Below, one piece after another: positions 20,992 through 32,021 of a stretch of 64,000 bases of DNA (positions are counted from its first letter, which is position 1; every line of letters starts with the position of its first letter). The notes beneath the pieces are model-generated. The model was given only the letters and a program-made list of their open reading frames with translations. It did no database searches and was not told the origin of the DNA. Position numbers and translations under genes: made by a program. Source of the stretch: Opitutales bacterium (GTDB taxonomy: Bacteria > Verrucomicrobiota > Verrucomicrobiia > Opitutales > UBA2987); assembly GCA_965226885.1 (NCBI GenBank), contig CBDDEL010000017.1:768001-832000 (forward strand), in the 5' to 3' direction.

Positions 20992-21860
20992 ATAGCATGA
21001 CGGGATATGGGCGGGGCAGCGTCTCCAGCGACGGCATGGATATGGTCGTGGAAATCACCTCCGTCAATCGCCGGAATCTGGAAACGCATGTCTCCATGCC
21101 CAAAGAATGGCAGTCCCTCGAACGGATGATTAGCGGGGAGATCGGGGCCGTCGTCAAACGCGGTCGAGTTCAAGTAAGCGTGCAATCCCGTGAATCGGGT
21201 TCCGATAGCGGCTTTGCCTGGGATCGGGAGGGGGCGGCATCGCTCTTGAAGAGCCTAACCGAATTTGCCCGGGACGAGGAAATCGCTTTTGAACCCGATG
21301 CGGCGCTGCTCTCTAATCTGGCTTTGCTCAGTCGCAAAAATTCCAATCTGTGGGAAGCTGAGGCAGCCATGCCCCTGGTCCAAACGGCTCTGGGTGAAGC
21401 CCTGCAAGAGCTACTTTCCATGCGCCTGCGGGAGGGCGCTTCCCTGCTGGCCGACCTAGCCGAACGCCACAAGGAACTGCAAAAAATTTTGGACGACATT
21501 CAGGAAAAATCCGGGGGCGAAGTTTCCCGTTACCGGGAAAACCTCTTTAAAAGGCTGCGCCAGGCGGGGCTCGAACTCGATCTTGATGATGAAAGGGTCC
21601 TCAAGGAAATAGCCCTGTTTGCGGACCGTTGCGATATCTCCGAAGAGCTCGTTCGTTTGGGCAGCCATTTGCAACAGTTTGGCGAAACCCTGCCGCAAGA
21701 AGGTTCCGTCGGGCGCAAACTGGAGTTTCTGCTACAGGAAATCCTTCGCGAATGCAATACCATCGGATCGAAATCAATCGCTGTCGAAATAAGCAAAAAC
21801 GTCCTCGATGCAAAAAATGAAATCGAGCGCATCCGCGAGCAATTGCAAAACGTCCAGTAA
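20988..21860 (+). CDS. yicC: YicC/YloC family endoribonuclease
   Basis: [48 protein letters not shown]. Confidence 0.93.
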   Translation: MNSMTGYGRGSVSSDGMDMVVEITSVNRRNLETHVSMPKEWQSLERMISGEIGAVVKRGRVQVSVQSRESGSDSGFAWDREGAASLLKSLTEFARDEEIAFEPDAALLSNLALLSRKNSNLWEAEAAMPLVQTALGEALQELLSMRLREGASLLADLAERHKELQKILDDIQEKSGGEVSRYRENLFKRLRQAGLELDLDDERVLKEIALFADRCDISEELVRLGSHLQQFGETLPQEGSVGRKLEFLLQEILRECNTIGSKSIAVEISKNVLDAKNEIERIREQLQNVQ

Positions 21861-21866
21861 ATATTG

Positions 21867-22333
21867 ATGGGTTATCAACTGTCGATATGCGCGGAGGCGG
21901 TATATCCGGAATTACCCTTTGCAGAGAAGGTGGCAAAAATTGCCGAAGCCGGTTTTCGAGTGGAATTCTGGAAATGGAGAGAGCATAAGCTGGACATTTT
22001 TAGTGATGAAAGTATTCACGTCAGCAGCTTCGTCGGTTCCGGCGCGGGCAGCATGGTGGATGCCGAAACAAGCGGGGAATTTATTGCGGAAACGAAGGAA
22101 TTCTTTCCGGTGGCCCGGCAAATCGACTGCCGCAGCATGATCCTTCTGGCGGGTGAACTTGGGCCCCGAGGCGAAGTCATTTATCGAACGGAACCTAATC
22201 CCATTACCCGGTGGATCACCGCTCACAAAACTTTGACCGAAATCGCGGCCCTGGCGGGGACGTCGGCCTGGAAGCCTTTCCGTCTGGAGACAGCGATGAG
22301 GCCCTGGAACGCTTCCGGGAAATATTCAGTTAA
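21867..22333 (+). pseudogene. Hydroxypyruvate/sugar isomerase TIM-barrel gene with internal deletion
   Basis: N-term YQLSICAEAVYPELPF..AGF.VEFW; after ~22258 another frame gives the family-like C-term VGLEAFPSGDSDEALERFREIFS*. Confidence 0.7.
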
Positions 22334-23190
22334 CGGCGTCAAGTTGCCGTATTCTGCCATTCCGGTTTGAAATAGCTCCCTGGCCTGTTTATGTGGGCTA
22401 AAAAGAGCGAGTTTGCTTTTTGTCTTTTTTTGATTGTTTTTGGCGCAATCACCTCCTATTCTTTATTCCGTAACTTGTTACCGAAACCTTATTGGCCCAG
22501 ATTAGAATAAAATGAAATTGCGCTACGCAGTGATGGTCAGCCTCGGGATTGCCGCTGTTTTTGCCTTCTGGTGGATCGCCAAAGAAAAACCCAAACCGGA
22601 AACGATTACAGATGAGCCGATATCTGAAGAACTTCCAGCCCTCGATGAGAATTTAAAATATTCAGCAGTTCAGGCCGATCCGTCACCCGAGATAGATCAA
22701 GAGGCTGCGATAAGATCGTCAGAATTGGTGAATTTCATTTTGATAACTTCAGCTAACAGTTTAACGCCAAAAAATACATTTGAATATCTCGCCGAGTTGC
22801 TATCCCTTGGGGATAAAGCATGGCCAATGATCGAGGGTTTGTTAGTTTCAGATTACGAATCTGAACGTATTTTGGGCATTTTTTTGGCTTTGGAAGTGGG
22901 TGGATACACTGACGAAATAAAAGAGATCGTTTCTGAAGACCCATCCCCTTTTGTCCAGGCACAACCAAGTCTCTGGCTATTTCTCAACCACCGTTTTGAT
23001 GAATGGGAGAAGTTTTCAGAACAAATGGGTGAGTCCCTATCAAATTATCAAATCCAGAAACTATTTGAGTCCTTTGATAAAAATCCTCCAAGGATGGAAT
23101 CAATTCCACCTGGATTAACACATCTGGGGCTAACAAATCCTCTTGAAATTTATACGCGAGGCATGATTTCCAAAAACAGTAAATTTTTTG

Positions 23191-23992
23191 GGTAGTGTAT
23201 TAAGTAGGAATGGTGGCTAATTCTTGATTATATTGATGAATGAAAAGTCTCAGACAGGTTTCATGCATACTCTTAAGCTTGGAAAAGGAGAGGGTTTTGC
23301 GTGTGAAACGACCCAGTCGTTGGCGCAGGGTATTGTTCCATCGTTCCACATGGGCCGTTTCACCGGTTTCTTTTCCCACGAATCGGTTATGAGGAAAGAC
23401 TTCATCATAAGTGGACCAAAAGTCGCTGTAGGTGGCACATCTTTTGTAGGCCCGTGGCAGGCGCTCGTAAAGTTCCCGGCAACGATATCAATCCCGAGGC
23501 CCAATGGCATAGGAGAGGATTTGACGGGTGCGTCGGCAAAGAGCGATCCAAACCCATTGGGCATCGCTCTTGCGCCCCACAAAAGACCACAGTTCGTCCA
23601 GTTCAATGACATCATGACGGCGGGCCGCAAGAATCGTGCTTTTGAGCGATCGCAGCGATTGTCGTTTTTTTTAACCAACTCAAAACGGTGTTGGGACTCA
23701 CCCCGAAGGCGCGCTGTAAACCGCGTAGACTGCTGCGTTCCTGATAGACTCGAAGGATCATTTCTTTTTGCTCTTCGGTGTATTTCACTGTGGGGTTTTC
23801 TCGGCTTTGTTTACCACAATCATGGCAGCGGTAGCGCTGTTTATGGTTGGGCGTCTTGCCAAATTTAATGATATTTTCACTTCCACAGTGCCGACAATTA
23901 ATAATTTTAGTAACCATGCACTAAGAATAAACTGCCTAACGCTATTTGTACAGCTAAAAATACAAAATAACATTCTTTTTTTATACACTATC
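23191..23992 (-). mobile_element. IS1-family element with a mutated left TIR (GATAGTG)
   Basis: 802 bp, TSD ATTTTTTG. Confidence 0.92.
23200..23917 (-). CDS. IS1 transposase InsA/InsB (frameshifted)
   Basis: Near-identical to the other IS1 copies. Confidence 0.86.
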
Positions 23993-24304
23993 ATTTTTTG
24001 AACTGGTTTCCCGGGAAATTTTGGATGAATCAATTCCGCTGGAAAGGCGATACTCATTACTGGAAATAGTTCACGAGGCAAATCCTCAGGGTTATGATCT
24101 ATTTTTAAAAGAAATCATAGATTCTGAAATATTAGACACAACAATTTATCGAAGCGGTTTGGTTTACTACGGGGCTAAATCGTTCAGTACGGAAGATTTT
24201 CAGGCTTTAGAAAAAGTACCCATTAACATGCAAGGTAATATGGTTGTTTCCAAAACAATTACCGATGTTGATAAAAAAATTAAGAGTAATATAGATAAAA
24301 GCTA

Positions 24305-25636
24305 TGAAGTGGACGGGGTTGTTTGGACAATTTTGACGTGGGATTAAGGTGGAAATCGTGTTCATATTATTTTTTAAAAATATATTTTGTCCTTAGCCAA
24401 AGACGGGCACGCAGGTGCCCGCAAGCTGTATTGGCGGGGAGGTTGGTTTTGCTCCGATTGCATGGACTTCGGCCGGGGTCCGGTAGCCCAGGGCTTGGTG
24501 GGGGCGCAGGTGGTTGTAGAAGTCCAGGTAGCGGGCTATCCCTTCGCTGGCTTCCTTTGCCGTGGCGTATTCGCGCAGGTAAATGTCTTCATACTTGAGG
24601 GTTCTCCAAAAGCGTTCAACAAATATGTTGTCCAGGTAGCGGCCACGCCCGTCCATGCTGATGCGCACCCCGGCTTGCCCCAGCACCGAGGTGAACTCGC
24701 TGCCGGTAAACTGGCTGCCTTGATCGGTGTTGAAGATTTGAGGTTGGGCCCGCCTCAGAGCTTCCTCCAGGGCGAGCACACAGAAGCGGCTCTCCAGGGT
24801 GTTGGAAAGCTGCCAGCTCAACACGTAGCGGCTGAACCAGTCCAACACCACGGTCAAGAAAAGGAATCCTCGGCTCAGCCGCAGGTAAGTGATGTCGCTG
24901 CACCATACCTGGTCGGGCCGCTCGACCGCCAAACCCCGCAGCAGATAAGGGAAAATGCGGTGCTGCCGGTGCCCCTGGCTCAAGTTTCGACGCGGATAAA
25001 TAGCCTCCAGGCCCATTTGGCGCATGAGCCGCTGGATGCGGCCTCGTCCCACTGCATGGCCCTCTCGACGCAGCCACTGGGTCATCCGGCGAGAACCAAA
25101 AAACGGATATTGGGTGTAGAGCTCATCCATGCGATGCATGTAGAGAACGTTCTGCTCGCACTGGGCACGGGCCCGATAGTAATAGCTGCCGCGGGCCAGC
25201 CCCAGCAACTGACATTGCCTGCCGATACTGATTTTTCCTTGAAGTGGTTGCACCATCTTGCGCCTCTCACCAACCGAGTTGTTCAGACTTTTTTTTAGCC
25301 AATCGCATTCTACTTTCAGCTTTCCAATCTCCTGGTAAAGGTGATCTTTTTCCGTCTCGTTGTCCTTGCTGAGAGTCTGCCGCTGGCGCGAAAACAGCTC
25401 CGTTGCTCCCTGCAAAAGCTGCTTCTTCCATTGGGTCACCTGGTTGGGATGCACCTCAAAACGACCGGCGATCTCGTTGATGGTATGAGCGCCCCTGATG
25501 GCTTCCAGGGCCACCCGGGCTTTAAACTCAGCACCGTATTGTCTTCTCTTTCGTGATTTAATAACATTCATAGGTTAGCGGATTTAGTGGTTCAAGACCA
25601 CCTTATTCCACTGTCCAGTTTTCCCCGTCCATTTCA
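24305..25636 (-). mobile_element. IS3-family element (1332 bp)
   Basis: TG...CA ends, imperfect IR TGAA[A/G]TGGACGGGG, 3-bp TSD CTA. Confidence 0.92.
24393..25571 (-). CDS. IS3 transposase with OrfA and OrfB in one frame
   Basis: HTH FKARVALEA; DDE motifs WCSDITY, NTDQGSQF, DNIFVERFW. Confidence 0.9.
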   Translation of the reverse strand: MNVIKSRKRRQYGAEFKARVALEAIRGAHTINEIAGRFEVHPNQVTQWKKQLLQGATELFSRQRQTLSKDNETEKDHLYQEIGKLKVECDWLKKSLNNSVGERRKMVQPLQGKISIGRQCQLLGLARGSYYYRARAQCEQNVLYMHRMDELYTQYPFFGSRRMTQWLRREGHAVGRGRIQRLMRQMGLEAIYPRRNLSQGHRQHRIFPYLLRGLAVERPDQVWCSDITYLRLSRGFLFLTVVLDWFSRYVLSWQLSNTLESRFCVLALEEALRRAQPQIFNTDQGSQFTGSEFTSVLGQAGVRISMDGRGRYLDNIFVERFWRTLKYEDIYLREYATAKEASEGIARYLDFYNHLRPHQALGYRTPAEVHAIGAKPTSPPIQLAGTCVPVFG

Positions 25637-26123
25637 CTACGAGGAATTTTCAGATCTTCAGAATCAACTAAATAATGTCTTAGATAACGAGGATTATGGG
25701 ACCTACAGAAAGTATTCAATGACTGTATATTACGCTGAACAATTGAAATATGATCCTAATAAAACACCAGATCCCGTTTTATTTGACCGCCTTTTTAACT
25801 ACCTTGAAGATTGTCAGGCTTTGGACTATGACCAGAAAAGAAATGTGGCGAATGCCCTTTATGTATTATGGCAACGCCAAAAACTTTTTTAGCCCATCAT
25901 GAAAGTTCTTTCATTCAAATACCACATCTTAACAGGATTTACGGGCTATTTTCTATTATCCTGTCTATCAGCCCTAGCAATCTATCCGGGGTTGCCTGAC
26001 CATCGGCCATTGGGTGAGGGAGAAAATATTACCTATAGCCTGAACGATCTTGATGATATTAGAGCAGTCGGAACCGAATTCGCCGACACAAGGTATGGAA
26101 ATTTTTTATCGTTTGATAATGTA

Positions 26124-26421
26124 GAGGCTGTCCCAAAAACCCGAATTTTGCGAATTGAGATATTCGACTCCGAACTGTAAGGGAACGTAAGTCATTCAAT
26201 TCCGTCAAAAACGCTGTATAAGGCCTCTTTTCGTTATAAATATAATCGCGTCAGACAGAGGTCTATGGTAGAATTGTATTTGAATATGCAAAACAAGAGA
26301 AAGGCTGACGGTGTTATAGACATCGAATTTGCCCAAAATCCCCCAAAAACGGTCTTTATGACAGCTTTATAAACAAGTTAACTTACTGTAAAACAAATGG
26401 TTATAACTTTGGGACAGCCTC
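26124..26421 (+). mobile_element. 298-bp MITE, family A
   Basis: Duplication TAATGTA. Confidence 0.93.
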
Positions 26422-26428
26422 TAATGTA

Positions 26429-28295
26429 GAGGCTGTCCCAAAAGGGTGATTTTTGCGAGGGGATTTTGAAGAGTGTTCATTTTAGTGGTATTTTCTTTTG
26501 GGAGGGGGTGACTTTGCTCTCCTATGACGTTAGGATTCTGGTTTTGGGGTCCGTTTGCCTGGTTTTCTTTGTATGGGCCGACAGTAGGCCTGTGAAAAAG
26601 TATTGTCCTTGCTTTTCCGGCCGACAGTAGGCCTGTGAAAAAGTATTGTCCTTGCTTTTCCGCTCTTTATTTAGGCCGCCGCTTTGGTTTTTAGTTCATC
26701 TTGCTGGGCCAGCATCTTGGCCACTTTCCATAGATTGTGCGAGAGGACCGACCAGGCTACGCTGATCGAGCGGTTGGCAAAGCCTTTGCTGCGCAATCGC
26801 CCGGCCTGCCAGCGATTCTTCAATACCCCGATCCGCCCTTCGGTGCTGGCCCGGCGCTTTTGCAATTGCCTGAAGTGTGGTTCCTCCATCCGTTTTTTCA
26901 ACTGCTTCGGATCGCGTGGACAGAGCGCATCGTAGATGCCCTCCTGGGCTAACTGCCGGCGGGCCCGCTGGGAGGCGAATCCCCGGTCCGCGCACATGGC
27001 CGCTATGGGTTCGGCTAGGTTGAAGCGGTTCTGTCTTTGCAAACTCTCTTGCATTTGTTCATTTTCGCTTGGCGTCCGGCTGCCGTAGAGTTTCCAGTCC
27101 AGCAGGTATCCTTCAACGCTTTCACCCAAAAACAGGGTGTTGCCAAACTCAACCTCTTGGCCCGCTTTGCCTCGCACAATCACCTGCGCATCGGGTTCGT
27201 AAACACTCAAAACTTTCTCTGCGTTTTTCACCTGGCGGCCGCCAATGATTCGCTCGTGCGCTTGCTTGATGACCACCGGGATTAGCTCGCTCATGCGCTC
27301 CATCCGGGTAAGGATCTGTTGGACCTGTTTTTCGCTGTAATCGCTTTGCTCCCAGCAGGCTTGCAATAATTCCCGGTGACTGCGGGCATGCTCCCCGATC
27401 CGTTTGAGCAGCTTTTTCATCTGCCTCAAGATACCCTTGCGTTGCCGCGCGCTGTCCTTTCGCCGCCGGCTGTGGGTCATCTGTATGCACAGCCGATTCA
27501 TCTGCCGAGCCAAGGGCTCCGGTTCGATCGGCATGCGATGGCGCAAACCGGCCTTCTCACGGATCAGCCGGATCGCTTTGAGCAGCGTGCCCGCTACATC
27601 CTTGAGCAGCACCCAGTCCGTCGGCCAATGAATGTTGACCTCCAAACAGGTGCCGTCGATCAGGCAAATGGTGGTGTCTATCGGCTTGTCCAATCCCACC
27701 ACCTGCCGGGCCAGATCGGCATCGCCCACAACCTCAGTCAAGGTCCGGTGCAAGGCCCTCAACTGCTCTTCGCTGAAAAACTTCGAGGCCCGTTCCAGGG
27801 TGCTCTTGGAGATGCCCCTTATGCCGTCGATATGGCGGACACGACAAAAGTCAGCCAACAGATCGCTGCTGCCCAGAGCCCTCGACAAATGCCGAAACGA
27901 AATCCCACCGAGCAGATAACGCAGCGTTTCCATACGCAACGCCTTGAGGGCAAAATTAGCCCGCTTTTGCCGGGCCTTTACGCTCATTGGCTGGCCTCTT
28001 TCCAAGGCCAGATCAACGCCCTGCGATTCCACCTCCGAATCGATCAGCAGCCGGTCGATACGCTCGATGGTGGCGCGAAAGTTATCGTAATCGAGGCAAC
28101 GGTCGACCACAGTTAAAGCTGGACGCAGGAGGCATTGGATGGCTATATTTTTCATAGAAAGGGCTATATTGATTTTCGCTAACGCAATTATAGAACCCTT
28201 TTTTAGCCGGAGCGAGCAAAAAAATGCTCTTTCCGGCTATTTTTATAAACGTCATCCAGTTGACTACAAAATCTTTATATTTTTGGGACAGCCTC
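26429..28295 (-). mobile_element. IS5-like/ISNCY element, copy 2 (1824 bp plus a 43-bp tandem duplication)
   Basis: TIRs; TAATGTA on both sides; duplication at 26576-26661. Confidence 0.93.
26671..28155 (-). CDS. DDE transposase, 494 aa, intact
   Basis: Same protein as 37449-38933. Confidence 0.92.
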   Translation of the reverse strand: MKNIAIQCLLRPALTVVDRCLDYDNFRATIERIDRLLIDSEVESQGVDLALERGQPMSVKARQKRANFALKALRMETLRYLLGGISFRHLSRALGSSDLLADFCRVRHIDGIRGISKSTLERASKFFSEEQLRALHRTLTEVVGDADLARQVVGLDKPIDTTICLIDGTCLEVNIHWPTDWVLLKDVAGTLLKAIRLIREKAGLRHRMPIEPEPLARQMNRLCIQMTHSRRRKDSARQRKGILRQMKKLLKRIGEHARSHRELLQACWEQSDYSEKQVQQILTRMERMSELIPVVIKQAHERIIGGRQVKNAEKVLSVYEPDAQVIVRGKAGQEVEFGNTLFLGESVEGYLLDWKLYGSRTPSENEQMQESLQRQNRFNLAEPIAAMCADRGFASQRARRQLAQEGIYDALCPRDPKQLKKRMEEPHFRQLQKRRASTEGRIGVLKNRWQAGRLRSKGFANRSISVAWSVLSHNLWKVAKMLAQQDELKTKAAA

Positions 28296-28753
28296 TAATG
28301 TAGCGTACCTAACATTTGAAGAAGATGCAGACTTGTCTTTTAACAATCTGACAGGAATTCACTTCCGTTCGGATTCAGATTACCATGATTGGTTTACAAG
28401 AGGTAGCCGTCAGCTTGATCCTTTTTCTTCATTTAAAAACGATTTGTTCGTTTTACGAATTGGCAGTTATTTCAATTTACTGTTCGATGTAACTACAGAA
28501 TGGTCAAGCAATAAACTGGTAATCAAGAATGTGAGGGGGAGAGCTTTGTTGAACCCAAGCATTTTATTTGAACTCTACAGATATTTTCATTTCAGGAATA
28601 AATTGCAAAATGAAATAGACGGACAGCAAATAGGCAGAGACTCCAGAAAAGCTATAGTTGTTATTCATGGTTGGAATCGGACGTCCAATGATGATTCCTA
28701 TGACACATCAGATAACACTTGGGAGCTTTTGAAAAATAATTTAATTACAATAC

Positions 28754-30201
28754 CATCCCATAGGGGCGAGGCAAGCTTCGTAACCCATTGATAATCAATG
28801 TGAGTTTTTGACTTTTGGGGGAATCGAATTTTTGAAATTTTATCACATGTTTCTCTTTTATTGCTTTTGCCACCTTGTGCTGTCCCATAGGTTTTCAACC
28901 AAACCCAGGGAAATAAGCCTGCTGGGGAGTCGCTCGCATTCTAAAGCGTTCACCGGCTGTCCCATAGAAATCGAGCAAGTCCCGCAGGTTAAAGCGATCC
29001 CAAAGCACGCCTCTGACAAGTGTGAACAGGCGGACAAAACTATGCTCCCAGCGGCTCAACCAGGCCTGGAACCGGAGCAGCACATAGAGCAGCAAAGCGC
29101 TCCAAATCTGCCAGCGCACGGCATTGGCGCTATGGCCGAGGAAATCGCACAAGTTGAGCGTTTGTTTGATTTGGCGGAAGAAGGTTTCAATGGACCAGCG
29201 GCAGCGATACAGTTCGCTGATCGTATGGGGCGACCACTGCAAATTATTAGTCAAAAATTCCATCACTCGCCACTGGCCATCAATCTCCACCCATGCCGTT
29301 ACCCGGCGCATCGGCTGGGGATAATCCTGACGGGATTTTTTGTTCTTAAGGACCACCAGATCATCGCGCAAAATATTGCCCTTGGGCTTCTTGAGCAGCC
29401 TCTTGACACAGCGCAAGGCCATGTTCTTTTTGGCCCGGGTGACAAAGTAAATGCCCCTCAAGGACAAGTCAAAGAGGTGGGCCAAATCGATGTAGGCCTT
29501 GTCAAACAATACGATTTCACCGGCTTTGAGGGCGGCGCACATTTCACGGGCTCGTTTGGCGTCATTGTCCCTGGCCGTGTCGATGATGGCAAACCGGGGC
29601 AGAAAACTTTGCAAATCCAGGCGCAAGTGACATTTGGCAGCCGCCTTTCGCCGACGATGTTTAGCCCAATCCATGCAGTTGGCGACCAAACCGATAGTGG
29701 ACGAATCGACGATGTTGATAACGCGTTTGAAACGTCGGGGAAACCCCTTGAATTTACCACCCGCAAACCCCGGAGACAACGACTGCAAGTGCTTGAGCAC
29801 CGACCAAAACAGTTCTCCCGACATCGCGGCATCGCGATGCTTGTTGGCGTAGGAAAGCCCGTTGCGACTGGGAGCGCTGGCCCCCCGGATACTGGCCAGC
29901 AACCCTCTGTGATGAGCGAGTCCGTCACAGACATCATTAAGCCCAATAGCATGAGTGATCTGAGCATAGAGCAAACTAACGATATGGCTCCATGAACTGA
30001 AACTGCGAGCTTTCTTATCGACACCCTACTGGCGGGCCAACTTGGCCACCAGATGTCCCGGAATAAAATTGCAAAGCTGTCGCAGAACGCACACCTTGCA
30101 TTTGGCTGGATTTGCTTTTTGTTTTTTCATAGTAACCTGCTTCTAGTGAAACAGGCGAACAAGAGCAATTCCAGCCGTTTTGCGTTATTTCCTATGGGAT
30201 G
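28754..30201 (-). mobile_element. IS4-family element (DUF4372-type), no TSD
   Basis: TIR CATCCCATAGG. Confidence 0.88.
28895..30130 (-). pseudogene. IS4 transposase with in-frame TAG at codon 35
   Basis: VDSSTI, FDKAY, YRCRWSIETFFRQIK (YREK-like); stop at 30026-30028. Confidence 0.85.
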
Positions 30202-30338
30202 CTATTGAATAGTTTTGAATTATTTTTATGGCTTAGGCGCCGAACTTACCTTAAGCGCAATAGATAATTTTATTCAACGTTTGATAGTTGATGCGAAAAT
30301 TGCAAGATATTGTAATAAATGGTTTTTTAACTACACTA

Positions 30339-30636
30339 GAGGCTGTCCCAAAAACCCGAATTTTGCGAATTGAGATATTCGACTCCGAACTGTAAGGGAA
30401 CGTAAGTCATTCAATTCCGTCAAAAACGCTGTATAAGGCCTCTATTCGTTATAAATATAATCGCGTCAGACAGAGGTCTATGGTAGAATTGTATTTGAAT
30501 ATGCAAAACAAGAGAAAGGCTGACGGTGTTATAGACATCGAAATTGCCCAAAATTCCCTAAAAACGGTCTTTATGACAGCTTTATAAACAAGTTAACTTA
30601 CTGTAAAACAAATGGTTATAACTTTGGGACAGCCTC
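30339..30636 (+). mobile_element. 298-bp MITE, family A
   Basis: Duplication TACACTA. Confidence 0.93.
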
Positions 30637-31225
30637 TACACTACTCCGCACCTTTTTGTTGGACTATTATTTAATATTGGATTTTTAGGATTTCGAAAAG
30701 GAAACAAAATATTTTACCGAGGCACAGGAGAAGAAGATACTCCGAGTCCAAAAAATTCTTCAAAATACGACTTTCGTAATTCACCCCTCTTATTATGATG
30801 CTCTTAATCTGCGTGAAGCGATACTCACTGAAATAAGTGATGATTTCATATTAAAGGACGAGGGTATCCTTGACGATCTTCCGGAGGATTTTACCTTTGA
30901 AAGGTATCAGGAGAATTTGTGTTCTTCCCTTGAAAAACTAAAAGTAATTTCGGTTGGAAAAATACAATGGAAAAAATATGAAGAACTGATTGGCGAGATT
31001 ATAAAGCTTTGTTTTTTTCGCACCCTGACAAATGTAAAACCAAAAGAAAGAAATAGCGAGGGAATAATAATTCGTGATTGGATTGCTTCTAATCGTGCGG
31101 AAAGTGGATTTTGGGAAATGGTTCGACAACGTCATAAAGCAACACAAATCGTTTGGGAATGCAAGAATTATAGAGAACTTAAAGCTGATGATTTTCACCA
31201 ATGCAGTTATTATCTCAATAAGGTA

Positions 31226-31523
31226 GAGGCTGTCCCAAAAACCCGAATTTTGCGAATTGAGATATTCGACCCAGAACTGTAAGGGCACGTAAGTCATTCA
31301 ATTCCGTCAAAAACGCTGTATAAGGCCTCTATTCGTTATAAATATAATCGCGTCAGACAGAGGTCTATGGTAGAATTGTATTTGAATATGCAAAACAAGA
31401 GAAAGGCTGACGGTGTTATAGACATCGAAATTGCCCAAAATCCCCTAAAAACGGTCTTTATGACAGCTTTATAAACAAGTTAACTTACTTTAAAACAAAT
31501 GGTTATAACTTTGGGACAGCCTC
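31226..31523 (+). mobile_element. 298-bp MITE, family A
   Basis: Duplication TAAGGTA. Confidence 0.93.
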
Positions 31524-31723
31524 TAAGGTAAGTGGTAGCTTTGGTATCATTGTATTTCGTGGGGATAAGATTAAGAGCGGGTATTACTCACATCTGAAAA
31601 GAATTTCGATTCAACATGAAGGGGCAATTTTACTTCTATTAAGAGACAAGGATATTTTTGTATTTCTACGGCAAGCGATTAATGGAAAAATAAAAGAGGA
31701 CCATATTAACGATATCTATGATA

Positions 31724-32021
31724 GAGGCTGTCCCAAAGTTATAACCATTTGTTTTACAGTAAGTTAACTTGTTAATAAAGCTGTCATAAAGACCGTTTTT
31801 AGGGGATTTTGGGCAAATTCGATGTCTATAACACCGTCAGCCTTTCTCTTGTTTTGCATATTCAAATACAATTCTACCATAGACCTCTGTCTGACGCGAT
31901 TATATTTATAACGAATAGAGGCCTTATACAGCGTTTTTGACGGAATTGAATGACTTACGTTCCCTTACAGTTCGGAGTCGAATATCTCAATTCGCAAAAT
32001 TCGGGTTTTTGGGACAGCCTC
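31724..32021 (-). mobile_element. 298-bp MITE, family A
   Basis: Duplication TATGATA. Confidence 0.93.

Larger units (their letters stand above)
22512..25892 (+). pseudogene. N-terminally membrane-anchored hypothetical protein, 411 aa when restored; split by IS1 and IS3
   Basis: Excising 23191-23992 (+8) and 24305-25636 (+3) leaves a 1236-nt ORF; junctions read KFFE-LVSR and DKSY-EEFS. Confidence 0.82.
25899..28753 (+). pseudogene. Secreted alpha/beta-hydrolase-like protein; interrupted by MITE plus IS, 3'-truncated by IS4
   Basis: Signal peptide; restored junction SFDNV-AYLTFEED; KAIVVIHGWN motif just before the truncation. Confidence 0.7.

Noticed and set aside
28808..29995. 395-aa plus-strand ORF and similar long antisense ORFs (24387, 1171, 15020)
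   Set aside because: Shadow frames opposite well-supported transposase or aconitase genes
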